A DNA stretch of 64,000 bases, from the NCBI GenBank assembly GCA_963813715.1, contig CAWFAK010000005.1, positions 224,001-288,000 on the forward strand, written 5' to 3'. Source of the DNA: an uncultured Planctomycetaceae bacterium. Its GTDB lineage: Bacteria > Planctomycetota > Planctomycetia > Planctomycetales > Planctomycetaceae. The translations under genes and the position numbers were made by a program. Shown one piece after another: positions 8,950 to 21,568 of this stretch; the stretch's first letter is position 1; each line of letters begins with the position of its first letter. The notes beneath the pieces were generated by a model, which saw only the letters and a program-made list of their open reading frames with translations, ran no database searches and had not been told where the DNA came from.

Positions 8950-11754
8950 TCAGCTCGACTTCTTCGCCTTCTTGGTCGCGGCGGCTTTCGGCTTCGCGCT
9001 CGCTTTTGCCGGCTTGACTGGCACGCGGGGCAGATCCCACAACATTCGCGAGACGAGCGCCGTCCAGCCGGTCTGATGACTGGCGCCGCAGCCGCGGCCG
9101 TTGTCGCCGTGGAAATATTCGTAGAAAAGGACGTGCTCGCGCCAGTGCGGATCTTCGAATTGCTTTACCGATCCGTTGCACGGCCGCCGCCCCTTCGAGT
9201 CGGCCAGGAAGATCTGAGCGACGCGGGCCTCGATCTCGCGGGCGCACTCCTTCAGCGTCAGTTTTTGCCCGGAGCCGACCGGGCACTCCACTTTGAAGTC
9301 GTCGCCGTAGAAGTGGTGATAGCGCTCGAGCGCCTCGACCAGCAAAAAGTTGATCGGCATCCAGATCGGGCCGCGCCAGTTGGAGTTGCCGCCGAAGATG
9401 CCCGTCGTCGATTCGCCCGGCTCATAGTCGACGCGGTAGTCCTGCCCGTCCGACCGGAACACGAACGGGTGGTCCTTGTGAATCCGCGAGACCGAGCGGA
9501 TGCCGTAGTCCGAGAGAAATTCTTTCTCGTCGAGCGCGTAGTGCAGCACCCGCTCCAGCCGCTCCTTCGAGGGGATGGCCAAGAGTCGCCGGCCGCGCGG
9601 CGTCGTGTCGTCGGCCTGTCCGTCGCGTGCCTGTCCGTCTCCGCCCTTTCCGTCTGCGGGCTGCCCATCTCCAGCCGGCGGGTCACTGTCGGACTCGCAG
9701 TAGGAGATGTAAGCGGCCAGATCCTTTCGATGGTCGAGGAACCACTGCATCCGTTTCTTGAAACCGGGCAAGTGGTCGATCTGGTCGTCGTCGAGCACCT
9801 CCACCGCAAACAGCGGGATCAGCCCGACGATCGAGCGAATCTTGAGCCGCGTGCTCTGGCCCTGCACGTGCAGCTGGTCGTAATAGAAGCCGTCCTCTTC
9901 GTCCCACAGGCCCGAGCCGCCGAGCGAATTCATCGCGTCGACGATGGCGACGAAGTGCTCGAAGAACTTGGAGGCGATGTCCTCATACTCGGGACTCTCG
10001 GCCGCCAGCTCGAGCGCCATCGCCAGCATGGTCGAGCAATAAAAGGCCATCCAAGCGGTGCCGTCGGCCTGCTCGAGAACTCCGCCGCCGGGCAACGGCT
10101 TCGAGCGATCGAAGACGCCGATGTTGTCGAGGCCGAGGAAGCCGCCGGAGAAGAGATTGTTGCCCTCGATATCCTTGCGATTCACCCACCAGGTGAAATT
10201 GATCAACAGCTTCTGAAACGTGCGGGCCAGAAACATGCGGTCGCGCTGGCCGCGCGGCGCCGTCATTTTGTAAACGCGCCAGCAGGCCCACGCGTGCACG
10301 GGCGGATTGACGTCCGAGAAGGCGAACTCGTAGGCGGGGATCTGCCCGTTGGGATGCATGTACCATTCGCGCAAGAACAGGATCAGCTGGCTCTTGGCGT
10401 ACTCGGGATCGATCCGGGCAAGCGGCAGCATGTGGAACGACAGGTCCCACGCCGCGTACCACGGATACTCCCACTTGTCGGGCATCGAGATCACGTCGCG
10501 GTTGAACAGGTGCTGCCAATCGACGTTGCGGGTGTGCTGATGGCCGGGGGGCGGCGGGGGCTGGTCGGGATCGCCCTCGAGCCAGTTCTTCACCGAATAG
10601 AAATAAAACTGCTTGCTCCACAACAGGCCGGCGGACGATTGCCGCGAAATGCTGCGGGCCTGCGGCGTCAGGTCTTTTGACAGGAGCGCGTCGTAAAACT
10701 CGTCGGTGTCGGCGATCCGCTGGGCGAAGACGCGATCGAACTCGGCCCCGAACGGCGCGGCCGGCGCCTGGTCGGCGGCATAGAGTCGCATCCGCACCGT
10801 GATTTCCTGTCCGGCCGGAATGTTGAGCCGATAGTAAGGGGCCGCCTTCGTGCCGGCGGTCCGCGCGTTGACCGCGTCCTTGTTGCCGTCGATCACGAAG
10901 TCGTTGAAGCCGTCCTTGAACCGGAGCGTGGGATCCTCGGGGAACTTGAAGACCCGCACGAAATTCGTCTCGTTCTCCGTGAACAGAAACTCGGGCTTCG
11001 TCCCGTCGGTGGCCGCGTCGGCGAAAAACCGGAAGCTGCCCAGCGTCGCGTGCGTGGTCTTGAGGCCGCCGTCGGCGTCGAGATCGATGTGCGGCTTGAG
11101 CTCGCAACCCTCGTGTCCGCAGCCCCACGACCACGAGTTGCGAAACCACAGCGTCGGCAACAAATGCAGCTCGGCCGCGTCGGGCCCGCGGTTGGCCGCC
11201 GTGATGCGGATCAAAATGTCGTCGGTGTTGGCCTTGGCGTACTCGACCTGCACGTCGAAGTAGCGGCCCTCGTCGAAGACGTTCGTGTCGGTGATCTCGA
11301 ACTCGGGATCGCTTCGCGAGCGGCGGCGGTTTTCCGCGACGAGCAAATCGTAGGGGTACTCGGCCTGCGGATATTTGTAGAGCGCCTTGAGGTACGAGTG
11401 CGTGGGGGACGAATCGAGATAGAAATAAATCTCCTTCACGTCCTCCGCGTGGTTCCCCTCGTTGCCGTTGAGGCCAAACAGCCGCTCCTTGAGGATCGGG
11501 TCCTTGCCGTTCCACATCGCGAGCGCAAAGCACAGCCGGCATTCGCGATCGCAGATGCCCAAGAGGCCGTCCTCGCCCCAGCGATAGGCGCGGCTGCGGG
11601 CGTGATCGTGCGGGAAATAATCCCAACACTCGCCAGTGGCCGAGTAATCCTCGCGGACCGTCCCCCATTGCCGCTCGGAAAGATACGGACCCCACCGCTG
11701 CCAATTGGCCTTGCGGCTCTGAGACTCTTGCAAGCGCTGCTCTTCAGCCGTCAT
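8950..11754 (-). CDS. GH63/MGH1-like glucosidase
   Basis: WGPYLSERQWGTVREDYS, MPDKWEYPWYAAWD, NWRGPIW and GASHQTGWT motifs. Confidence 0.92.
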   Translation of the reverse strand: MTAEEQRLQESQSRKANWQRWGPYLSERQWGTVREDYSATGECWDYFPHDHARSRAYRWGEDGLLGICDRECRLCFALAMWNGKDPILKERLFGLNGNEGNHAEDVKEIYFYLDSSPTHSYLKALYKYPQAEYPYDLLVAENRRRSRSDPEFEITDTNVFDEGRYFDVQVEYAKANTDDILIRITAANRGPDAAELHLLPTLWFRNSWSWGCGHEGCELKPHIDLDADGGLKTTHATLGSFRFFADAATDGTKPEFLFTENETNFVRVFKFPEDPTLRFKDGFNDFVIDGNKDAVNARTAGTKAAPYYRLNIPAGQEITVRMRLYAADQAPAAPFGAEFDRVFAQRIADTDEFYDALLSKDLTPQARSISRQSSAGLLWSKQFYFYSVKNWLEGDPDQPPPPPGHQHTRNVDWQHLFNRDVISMPDKWEYPWYAAWDLSFHMLPLARIDPEYAKSQLILFLREWYMHPNGQIPAYEFAFSDVNPPVHAWACWRVYKMTAPRGQRDRMFLARTFQKLLINFTWWVNRKDIEGNNLFSGGFLGLDNIGVFDRSKPLPGGGVLEQADGTAWMAFYCSTMLAMALELAAESPEYEDIASKFFEHFVAIVDAMNSLGGSGLWDEEDGFYYDQLHVQGQSTRLKIRSIVGLIPLFAVEVLDDDQIDHLPGFKKRMQWFLDHRKDLAAYISYCESDSDPPAGDGQPADGKGGDGQARDGQADDTTPRGRRLLAIPSKERLERVLHYALDEKEFLSDYGIRSVSRIHKDHPFVFRSDGQDYRVDYEPGESTTGIFGGNSNWRGPIWMPINFLLVEALERYHHFYGDDFKVECPVGSGQKLTLKECAREIEARVAQIFLADSKGRRPCNGSVKQFEDPHWREHVLFYEYFHGDNGRGCGASHQTGWTALVSRMLWDLPRVPVKPAKASAKPKAAATKKAKKSS

Positions 11755-11836
11755 GCGGACCAGTATAAGTTGGGGAGGGCCGGATTAGCAGCACTAATGA
11801 CGAGGCACGGAGGCCGAAGCATCGGACCTCCCGGAG

Positions 11837-11940
11837 ATGGTGTGCCTGCGGCCGTAAGACGCCTGGTCACACCCTACGCCGCGTCGCTGCTCGTTTTGTA
11901 GAGTGTGACCAGTCCGCCGCAGGCGGCGCAGGCACACCAT
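11837..11940. repeat. GTAG-type REP doublet (REPIN), copy 1
   Basis: Outer IR ATGGTGTGCCTGCG/CGCAGGCACACCAT; inner IR CTGGTCACACCCTAC/GTAGAGTGTGACCAG. Confidence 0.88.
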
Positions 11941-11984
11941 CTGGAATTCCACTCGCGGCCCTCAGTTGCAGAGGCACGAATCAG

Positions 11985-12531
11985 TCAATCACCAAAAACG
12001 ACGAGATCCGTCCCGTGGTCTCGGGCGGTTTCCAACCAGACGCGCAAATCGTCGCGCGCGTCGGCCACCCAGTTGTCCATGTCCGGGTCTTCTTTGTCGG
12101 GGCGGGCCAGCCCTTCTTCGATCTCCTCGAGGGTCAGGTAGCTGATCCAGGGCTGCCCGCCGCCATCCGGCCGCGACGGCAGCGGGACCGGGAGACGCGG
12201 CTCCTTGAGCTGTTCGCACACGCCACCCCCCATCCCGGCCTCCAACGCCTCGTAGAGGCCGAGGAGATGCACGTCCTCGAAAAATACGGACTCGATCGGC
12301 ACTCCCCGGAGCATGCAAATTATTTCCAGCAGTGTTCCTTCGGTGTCGGACTTGAGAAACTCGATCAACTGCTCCCTTGTCGACGGGCCCGAAGCCTTAG
12401 CCTTCGGGTCGAATACTTGCCCTGCGTGTCAAGCGTTCGCGGATCTCGTCATGCAAGTTCGCCGGCGGATTGGTCAGCATCGATCGAAGATCGCTGAGCT
12501 TGATGCAGTAGCCACGGAATGATCGGCTCAC
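11985..12531 (-). CDS. Hypothetical acidic protein, immunity-like (frameshift near 12420)
   Basis: GAGGAGG SD then GTG (MSRSFRGYCIKL...) joins ORF 11985..12368, ending WLETARDHGTDLVVFGD. Confidence 0.55.
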
Positions 12532-12601
12532 GTGCGCCTCCTCTTGAAGGACTTTTTTTCGAGGTTCTGGCCTTTTCTCGACGGCGACCGGGTCGTCGCT
12601 G

Positions 12602-13433
12602 CTACGGCCGGGCGATCATGAGCATTTCGTCCGCCGAAAGCGGAATCTCGCCGAGCCCGCGCCGCCGAGCCAGGTGCCAAAGAACCGTTCCATCCAGGGA
12701 AATTCCCTCCCGAACCGGACGCCCATATGGCTTTGGCGCAGGTCAATCTCCCGCTTGCGGTAGTATTTCAGGTAGTCCGACAGCGTCTTAACGAATAGGT
12801 CGGGCTCGGCGGCGAACAAGGCGTCTGCCGCGACGGCCAGCAACTTGGGTCGCTGCCGGGAACGCCGCGCCATCAAATCCCGCCGAGCGTCGACTTCGGA
12901 ACCCGATTCGCCGCGGAGCCGCATCGCCAGCCAGATCTGGTAGGCATTGTCCTCGGCGGTGTGGTCATCGAACCCTTCGTCGTCGTTCAAGTCCGGGCCC
13001 GGCCATTCGAGCAGGCGGTCCGCAGAGCTCCAGTCACTTGACGACAACGCGATCATCAACGCATTGCGGTAATAGCAGATCCACGGCAGCTTGGCCCGCG
13101 CCTGCTCGCGATCGATCAGTTTGCCGCCCCAAAGAAATTTTTCCCTCCAGGGACCGAAAAAAAAGTGCACGGTGGCAGTGACGAGCTGCCGACCTGCCTC
13201 GCGCCAATCCCGCAGGACCGGGTGTTCGATCGTGTAACCTAAAACTCCCATTGCGAAAGTACGCGATGCAACAGAGTAGACGTTAAATAGCCAGTGCCAC
13301 ACATCTTCAGGCACCTGGGGCGGACCGTTCCAGCCTTGAAAGATCACGATCGCTCGCTCTTCGCTTTCGTCGAGATCCCGCTTTTCAAATCCCAGCGCCT
13401 CCAGGGCGCAGTTTGAGGGGTCTGTTCAGCCAT
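12602..13433 (-). CDS. Imm49-like putative immunity protein (2 frameshifts)
   Basis: ORF 12616..13347 plus a shifted C-terminus EGISLDGTVLWHLARRRGLGEIPLSADEMLMIARP*; family call is by resemblance only. Confidence 0.5.
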
Positions 13434-13479
13434 CAAAATGTCACTCCCGCTGAAGACTTCCGGTGCCGCGACGGCACCA

Positions 13480-13571
13480 CTACGGTCGGGCGATCATGAG
13501 CATATCGTCCGCCTGGAGCGGAATCTCACCCATTCCGCGCCGCCGATCCGGATGCCAAAGAGCCGTCGCAT
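13480..13571 (-). pseudogene. 3' remnant of a paralog of the Imm49-like gene
   Basis: Encodes ATALWHPDRRRGMGEIPLQADDMLMIARP*, aligning with 12602-12693; truncated next to the REPIN. Confidence 0.8.
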
Positions 13572-13580
13572 TTTCCGGTG

Positions 13581-13684
13581 ATGGTGTGCCTGCGGCCGCA
13601 AGGCGGCCTGGTCACACCCTACGCCGCGGCGCCGCTCGTTTTGTAGGGTGTGACCAGTCCGCCGCAGGCGGGCGCAGGCACACC
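13581..13684. repeat. GTAG-type REP doublet (REPIN), copy 2
   Basis: Direct repeat of 11837-11940 including the spacer GCCGCGxCGCxGCTCGTTTT. Confidence 0.88.
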
Positions 13685-13786
13685 GCGACGACCCGCAAGA
13701 CCCACGGCGGCGATCTTTCCTTGGCCCGTTCGCTCGGGCTGTCCTTCTCGTGAGTGCCACCACGAGTTTGCAGTCGCTCGCCTCGT

Positions 13787-14134
13787 TTATCCGCCTGGGT
13801 TCGTGCCCTCTAGGGCATAGGCAAGGAACCACATGACAGCGTTGTATGCGTTGAGGAGAATCCCAAACAATGCGCCGGGGATGATCAGCAGGGCGCTCTG
13901 CCGAGAGCGAATGCCGAAGAGACTGACTGCCGCCGCCAAGCCTGCCGCCACGCTTGCCGAAAAGAGCAGGAGGCTAAAAAACAAAACGCCGCGTGGCCGT
14001 TCGCCCCGCATTCCGACGTGGTTTGCAATCCAGATCCAAAAGACGACGGAAATCACAACTGCGACGAGCGAACTCGCCCATGCCATCAGGACGTACGTGG
14101 TCCGGCCAGCGGGGGTGTTTGAAAGGTCGCTCAT
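13787..14134 (-). CDS. Small membrane protein
   Basis: 115 aa with three hydrophobic segments. Confidence 0.65.
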   Translation of the reverse strand: MSDLSNTPAGRTTYVLMAWASSLVAVVISVVFWIWIANHVGMRGERPRGVLFFSLLLFSASVAAGLAAAVSLFGIRSRQSALLIIPGALFGILLNAYNAVMWFLAYALEGTNPGG

Positions 14135-14175
14135 GTGTCATTCTAGCGGCAGCGCGACCGGCGGGACGCAGTAAA

Positions 14176-14879
14176 TTAAGGTGTCTCCAGCATTTCGAGC
14201 AGCTCGGCCAGCGGTAGCCCCACCACGTTGCTCAGGCTGCCTTCGACTTTCGAGATGAAGACGCTGCCTGCACCTTGCAGGGCGTAGCCGCCGGCTTTCC
14301 CGCGCGGTTCGCCGGTGGCGAGGTACCAGTCGAGCCAACGGTCGACATCGGCGACGAAGGTGACTCGCGACGTGACGACGCGGGAGGCACGCTTGCCGCT
14401 GGCGACCTGTTCGAGAATGAGCGCGGTCGCGACGAGATGCGTCTTGCCGGCGAAGTCTTCGCGGAACCAGCGGCGGACGGTGTCCTGCCATGAGTCGTCG
14501 GCAGGCGGCTGGCCCAGCACGTGCAAGTCTTCGCCGCGCTCGACGATGACGACCGTGTCGGCGGCCATGACGATTGGCGGCGTGGCGTCGGCGAGCGATG
14601 TCGAGTGAGCGTCCGCCCCCTCACCCCCAGCCCCTCTCCCGCGAGGGGAGAGGGGGGAAAGAGCACTGCGCACTTGGCCCACCACGTCGTCGCACTTCGT
14701 GGCGGCGATCTCGAGCAAGCGGGCCTCGATTGACGGCCAGTCGTGCAGCCCCGCGAAACCCGCCTCGGCGGTCGACGTCGGCGGCACGACTTCGATCAAA
14801 TCGGCGGGATGAACTTGTCGCAGCAGTTCCAGCCGACGCGGCGAGCGCGAGCCGAGCACCAAGTGCGTGGCGGCGGGGT

Positions 14880-14883
<4 letters not shown>
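14176..14883 (-). CDS. maf: Maf-family nucleotide pyrophosphatase with in-frame REP insertion
   Basis: [23 protein letters not shown] and SNVVGLP motifs; GTGA overlap with the carB stop. Confidence 0.88.
14616..14657. repeat. REP-F palindrome inside maf
   Basis: CCCCCTCACCCCCAGCCCCTCTCCCGCGAGGGGAGAGGGGGG, read as [14 protein letters not shown]. Confidence 0.8.
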
Positions 14884-18162
<3,279 letters not shown>

Positions 18163-18367
18163 GGCGGCTAATTCCTCGCTTTTCGGTCCGCGCGAATGCG
18201 CGCAGGGCTTCCTTTCAGTCTAACCGTATCAGGTGTCCGGCGTTTATCAACTTAACTCGCCGCCGACCGGCTCCCAAAGACGAACGCGGCCGCGAAAGTC
18301 AAGCGACAGTTGAGTTTCCGTTGTTCGGGAGCGAAGTTGCAAAGGGGCCGCTGCCACATCAAGGGAA

Positions 18368-18420
18368 AATGACGAAGCACGAATGACGAAGGAATGACCG
18401 AATGACCTAAGCACGAAATG
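18368..18420. repeat. Heptamer-type (GAATGAC) array, left arm
   Basis: AATGACGAAGCACGAATGACGAA (18368-18390) is the exact reverse complement of 18972-18994. Confidence 0.85.
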
Positions 18421-18507
18421 GAACGCTTGGTGTTCTCCAAGAAGGGCGATCATCCAGGGATCGAATTCGTAATCCAGTGAAGCGACAGACGCCGTTAGAA
18501 TGACGGC

Positions 18508-18888
18508 ATGAGCGAATCCGCAGCGGCATGGGTAATTCTGACGAGCAGATATGGAGGGGACACACGCCAGCCATCGGAGGGCGATCTGGCCCAAGCAATT
18601 GATGAGCTTCTCAATGAGAACATCGCAGGAACGACCGAAGCCGCCTATGCCGAGCACCCGAATGCTTGGTTGAGATATGGCTTTAGTGAAGGGCCGGTGC
18701 TTTTGCTCGAGGCGAATCGAAAACGCACGGTCACATTCTCAAAACTCTCCGACCAAGATGCCCCCGACGCGCTGACCGCGTACACCGTGCGGAACATGGA
18801 GAGAGACGCGATGCTTTCGTTGTGGAAGCGCCTTGCCAAAGGCGAAATCGAGAAGATTGTCGCCGACTACCCCGCTTGTGGCTGGTGA
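18508..18888 (+). CDS. Hypothetical protein, immunity-like orphan
   Basis: 126 aa, lower GC than its flanks, lies between inverted heptamer arrays. Confidence 0.65.
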   Translation: MSESAAAWVILTSRYGGDTRQPSEGDLAQAIDELLNENIAGTTEAAYAEHPNAWLRYGFSEGPVLLLEANRKRTVTFSKLSDQDAPDALTAYTVRNMERDAMLSLWKRLAKGEIEKIVADYPACGW

Positions 18889-18942
18889 ACTCCCGTGCCA
18901 ACTGCCAAAAACCGTGTTTCAACCGCCCCACTTCCGGAACGC

Positions 18943-19002
18943 TTCATTCGGGTTTCGAGCTTCGTGCTTCTTTCGTCATTCGTGCTTCGTCATTCGAGCT
19001 TT
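18943..19002. repeat. Heptamer-type array, right arm
   Basis: TTCATTCGGGTTTCGAGCTTCGTGCTTCTTTCGTCATTCGTGCTTCGTCATTCGAGC. Confidence 0.85.
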
Positions 19003-19615
19003 ACGCTCCGCTGGCTGGGCCGAGGCGGGCGATTTGCTGCCAGACGTCGCCGGAGAAGAGGTCGATGGGCCGGGCCAGGCCGGCTTCGACCATTTCGGCT
19101 CCGCTGACGAAGCGGCCGGGCCGCGTCCATTGGGTCAGCGTTTCGAGGGGGCAGTCGAACATTTTGGCGAGCAGTTGGTCCAGCTCGGCCTCCAGTTGTT
19201 TGAAGTGCCGGGCCCATTCCGACGCCTCCTCCAACCGAACATTCTCTTCGCTCTGCCAGCGGATGGGGTGAAAGAGCAGCGTCGACTGCATGGTGACGAA
19301 CCTGCGGGCGCAGGCGGCAAACGGCATCAGCGCGGCCGACGAGCATTCCCCGGCGACGACGGCGTCGGCCTGCAAGCCGCGGAGGCGGATCAGGCTCGCC
19401 AGTGCCAGGCCGACGTACGCGCTGCCGCCGCACGAGTCGAAATAGATCGTCCCCCGGCTCTTGCGGGGAACTTCGAGCAGCCGGCTCACCAGGTCCGACT
19501 GCTTGTCGGTGAGATCGCCATGAATCGCCAGCTCCCAATCGCGCTCGGAGCGGTCCGATCGCGGCCGGGGCACGCCCTCGGCCGCCGGATAGGGTCTCAC
19601 ACGTGGCACGTTCAT
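19001..19615 (-). CDS. ClpP/crotonase-like protease subunit
   Basis: [15 protein letters not shown] (Ser), LLFHP (His), AEMVEAGL. Confidence 0.78.
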   Translation of the reverse strand: MNVPRVRPYPAAEGVPRPRSDRSERDWELAIHGDLTDKQSDLVSRLLEVPRKSRGTIYFDSCGGSAYVGLALASLIRLRGLQADAVVAGECSSAALMPFAACARRFVTMQSTLLFHPIRWQSEENVRLEEASEWARHFKQLEAELDQLLAKMFDCPLETLTQWTRPGRFVSGAEMVEAGLARPIDLFSGDVWQQIARLGPASGA

Positions 19616-19621
19616 CGGTTG

Positions 19622-19712
19622 AGTCCAAAGTCCAAGGTCCAAGGTTGAAGAGGCGAGACGCAGCCGCGCGCCCGTTGTTCGACTTTGGACCTTGGACGTT
19701 GGACTTTGGACT
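19622..19712. repeat. Inverted heptamer (GTCCAAR) array with short spacer
   Basis: AGTCCAAAGTCCAAGGTCCAAGGT ... ACTTTGGACCTTGGACGTTGGACTTTGGACT. Confidence 0.88.
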
Positions 19713-19817
19713 AATACAGACGTTTTGACTCGACTGCAAGCAGGGCGGCTTGCACAATGAATCGGCCGTGAACGGCACACTCAATTCGCGAGACATTCTC
19801 GACGAGGAGACCTTGAA

Positions 19818-20777
19818 GTGCGTGTTTTGCCCGTGGTCCTGCTGGCGTTGGCAGTTTCATTCCTCTCAACGCCTGCCGGCGAGCGCCTGCGTGCCGCCGA
19901 CAAAGACGTCAGCCTGAGCCTCAAGGCCGACACGTTGGAAGTGGCCGTCGGCGGCGAGCCGTTCACGACCTACCACTTCGGCAAGGAGCAGAAGAAGCCC
20001 TACTTCTGGCCGATCCGCGATGGCGCAGGGCAGATCATCACGCGGGCGCTCGTCAAACCGACCGATCGTCCGAAGCCCGATCATCCGCACCACCGGGGCT
20101 TGTGGTTCTCGGTCGACGAGGTCGACAGGAGCGATGCACCGCCGCCGCACATCAAGTTCTGGGCGGAAGGCGGCCGGATTATCAATGTGTCGGTCGATCC
20201 GCTCGTGCCCAAGGGGAACCCCGCGCGGTTCAAAGTCGTCAACCACTGGCTCGACCGTCAACGACAGCCGCTGTTAATCGAAACGACGACGATCAGCATC
20301 TACGACAATCGCCTGATCGCTTATGACGCCACGCTGGCGGCCGCCAAGGACCCGGTGACGTTTGGCGACACCAAAGAGGGGCTGTTCGGCTTCCGCATGG
20401 TGAACTCGATGCGCGGCTCTGCCGGCAAGATCGTGAGCGCCGACGGCCACCACGGCGAGACCGAGTGCTGGGGCAAGCCCTTCGAGTGGATCGACTACGA
20501 TGGGCCGGTCGACGGCAAGCTGGTCGGCGTGGCCATCTTCGACAACCCGCACAACTTTCGGCCGTCGCGGTATCACGTCCGCAGTTATGGGCTGTTTTCG
20601 ATCAGCCCCTTCGGCGAGCACGAGTACACGAACAAACAGAATCCGGCCAAGCCCGTGAACCTGGCCCCCGGCGCGAACCTGCGGCTGCGGTACGCCATCT
20701 ATATTCACGACGGCGACACCAAGGCGGCCGACGTGGCCGGCGTCTATCACAAGTACGTCGCCGAATCGGGGGGTTGA
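19818..20777 (+). CDS. PmoA/DUF6807-family exported protein
   Basis: KPYFWP, DHPHHRGLWF, FGDTKEG and HVRSYGLF motifs. Confidence 0.8.
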   Translation: MRVLPVVLLALAVSFLSTPAGERLRAADKDVSLSLKADTLEVAVGGEPFTTYHFGKEQKKPYFWPIRDGAGQIITRALVKPTDRPKPDHPHHRGLWFSVDEVDRSDAPPPHIKFWAEGGRIINVSVDPLVPKGNPARFKVVNHWLDRQRQPLLIETTTISIYDNRLIAYDATLAAAKDPVTFGDTKEGLFGFRMVNSMRGSAGKIVSADGHHGETECWGKPFEWIDYDGPVDGKLVGVAIFDNPHNFRPSRYHVRSYGLFSISPFGEHEYTNKQNPAKPVNLAPGANLRLRYAIYIHDGDTKAADVAGVYHKYVAESGG

Positions 20778-20799
20778 TTCACCAGCAGGAGCCTGACCC

Positions 20800-21270
20800 A
20801 TGAATCGCGAGCTGATCGAGCGCTATGCGGCCGGAGCCGACGTCCTGGGCAAGGCCATTCAAGGCCTCGACCGCGCGGAGCTCTTGGCCTTTCCCGTGCC
20901 GGGAACCTGGAGCATCCAGCAGATCGTCCTGCACATGATGGACAGCGACCTGATCGCCTCCGACCGCATGAAACGCGTGGCCGCCGAAGACCACCCCACG
21001 CTCATCGGCTACAACGAAACGGCCTTCGCCAAAACCCTGGCCTACGACCACATCCCGGCGCAAGACGCGTGCGAAGTCTTTCGGCTCAATCGGCGAATCA
21101 CGGCCGAACTCCTGCGACGCCTGCCCGACGCCGCGTTTTCGCGCACGGGCCACCACAACGAACGCGGCGAGGTCTCGCTCGAACACTTCGTGGTCGACTA
21201 CACGGGGCACCTCGACCACCACATGAAGTTTTTGCGCGAAAAGCGCAAACTCCTCGGCAAGCCGCTGTGA
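20800..21270 (+). CDS. DinB family protein
   Basis: WSIQQIVLHMMDSD ... HLDHH. Confidence 0.88.
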   Translation: MNRELIERYAAGADVLGKAIQGLDRAELLAFPVPGTWSIQQIVLHMMDSDLIASDRMKRVAAEDHPTLIGYNETAFAKTLAYDHIPAQDACEVFRLNRRITAELLRRLPDAAFSRTGHHNERGEVSLEHFVVDYTGHLDHHMKFLREKRKLLGKPL

Positions 21271-21318
21271 GCGGAGACCGACACCGCGCCTCTTTTGTCG
21301 ATCTCGATTGTCGTGGCC

Positions 21319-21524
21319 GAGCCCCGTGAGGGGCGACACTCCTCTAGCCACGGGTGCGAACCCGTGGATCTCGCGATCTCCGTGAATGACCCAAGCCCCC
21401 GAATGGGGGTGACACTCTTCCACGAACGGAGTGTCGCCCCCGTCCGGGGGCTGAAACGTGAGGGAGTATCCGCATTCCACCCGCTCGCGCGGGTGGCAAG
21501 CGGAGTGCCACCCCTTCGGGGTTA
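21319..21524. repeat. Multi-hairpin REPIN-like element
   Basis: Hairpins GCCCCGTGAGGGGC, CCACGGGTGCGAACCCGTGG, CCCCCGAATGGGGG, GCCCCCGTCCGGGGGC, CCACCCGCTCGCGCGGGTGG and ACCCCTTCGGGGT; similar element at 50524-50630. Confidence 0.75.
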
Positions 21525-21568
21525 AGAGTCGGAAAACGAACAACCAGTTTCGCAGACCACGAGCGATG

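Noticed and set aside
9598..9695. Mobile insert in the glucosidase (DGQ-type repeats)
   Set aside because: Degenerate 15-bp coding repeats forming a low-complexity loop; no REP match or TIRs.
11837..13684. Integron attC cassettes
   Set aside because: No RYYYAAC/GTTRRRY ends and no tyrosine integrase; the repeats look like GTAG-type REP doublets.
19818..20777. Particulate methane monooxygenase
   Set aside because: The PmoA label of this family is a misnomer; the protein is soluble and exported, and there is no pmoCAB.
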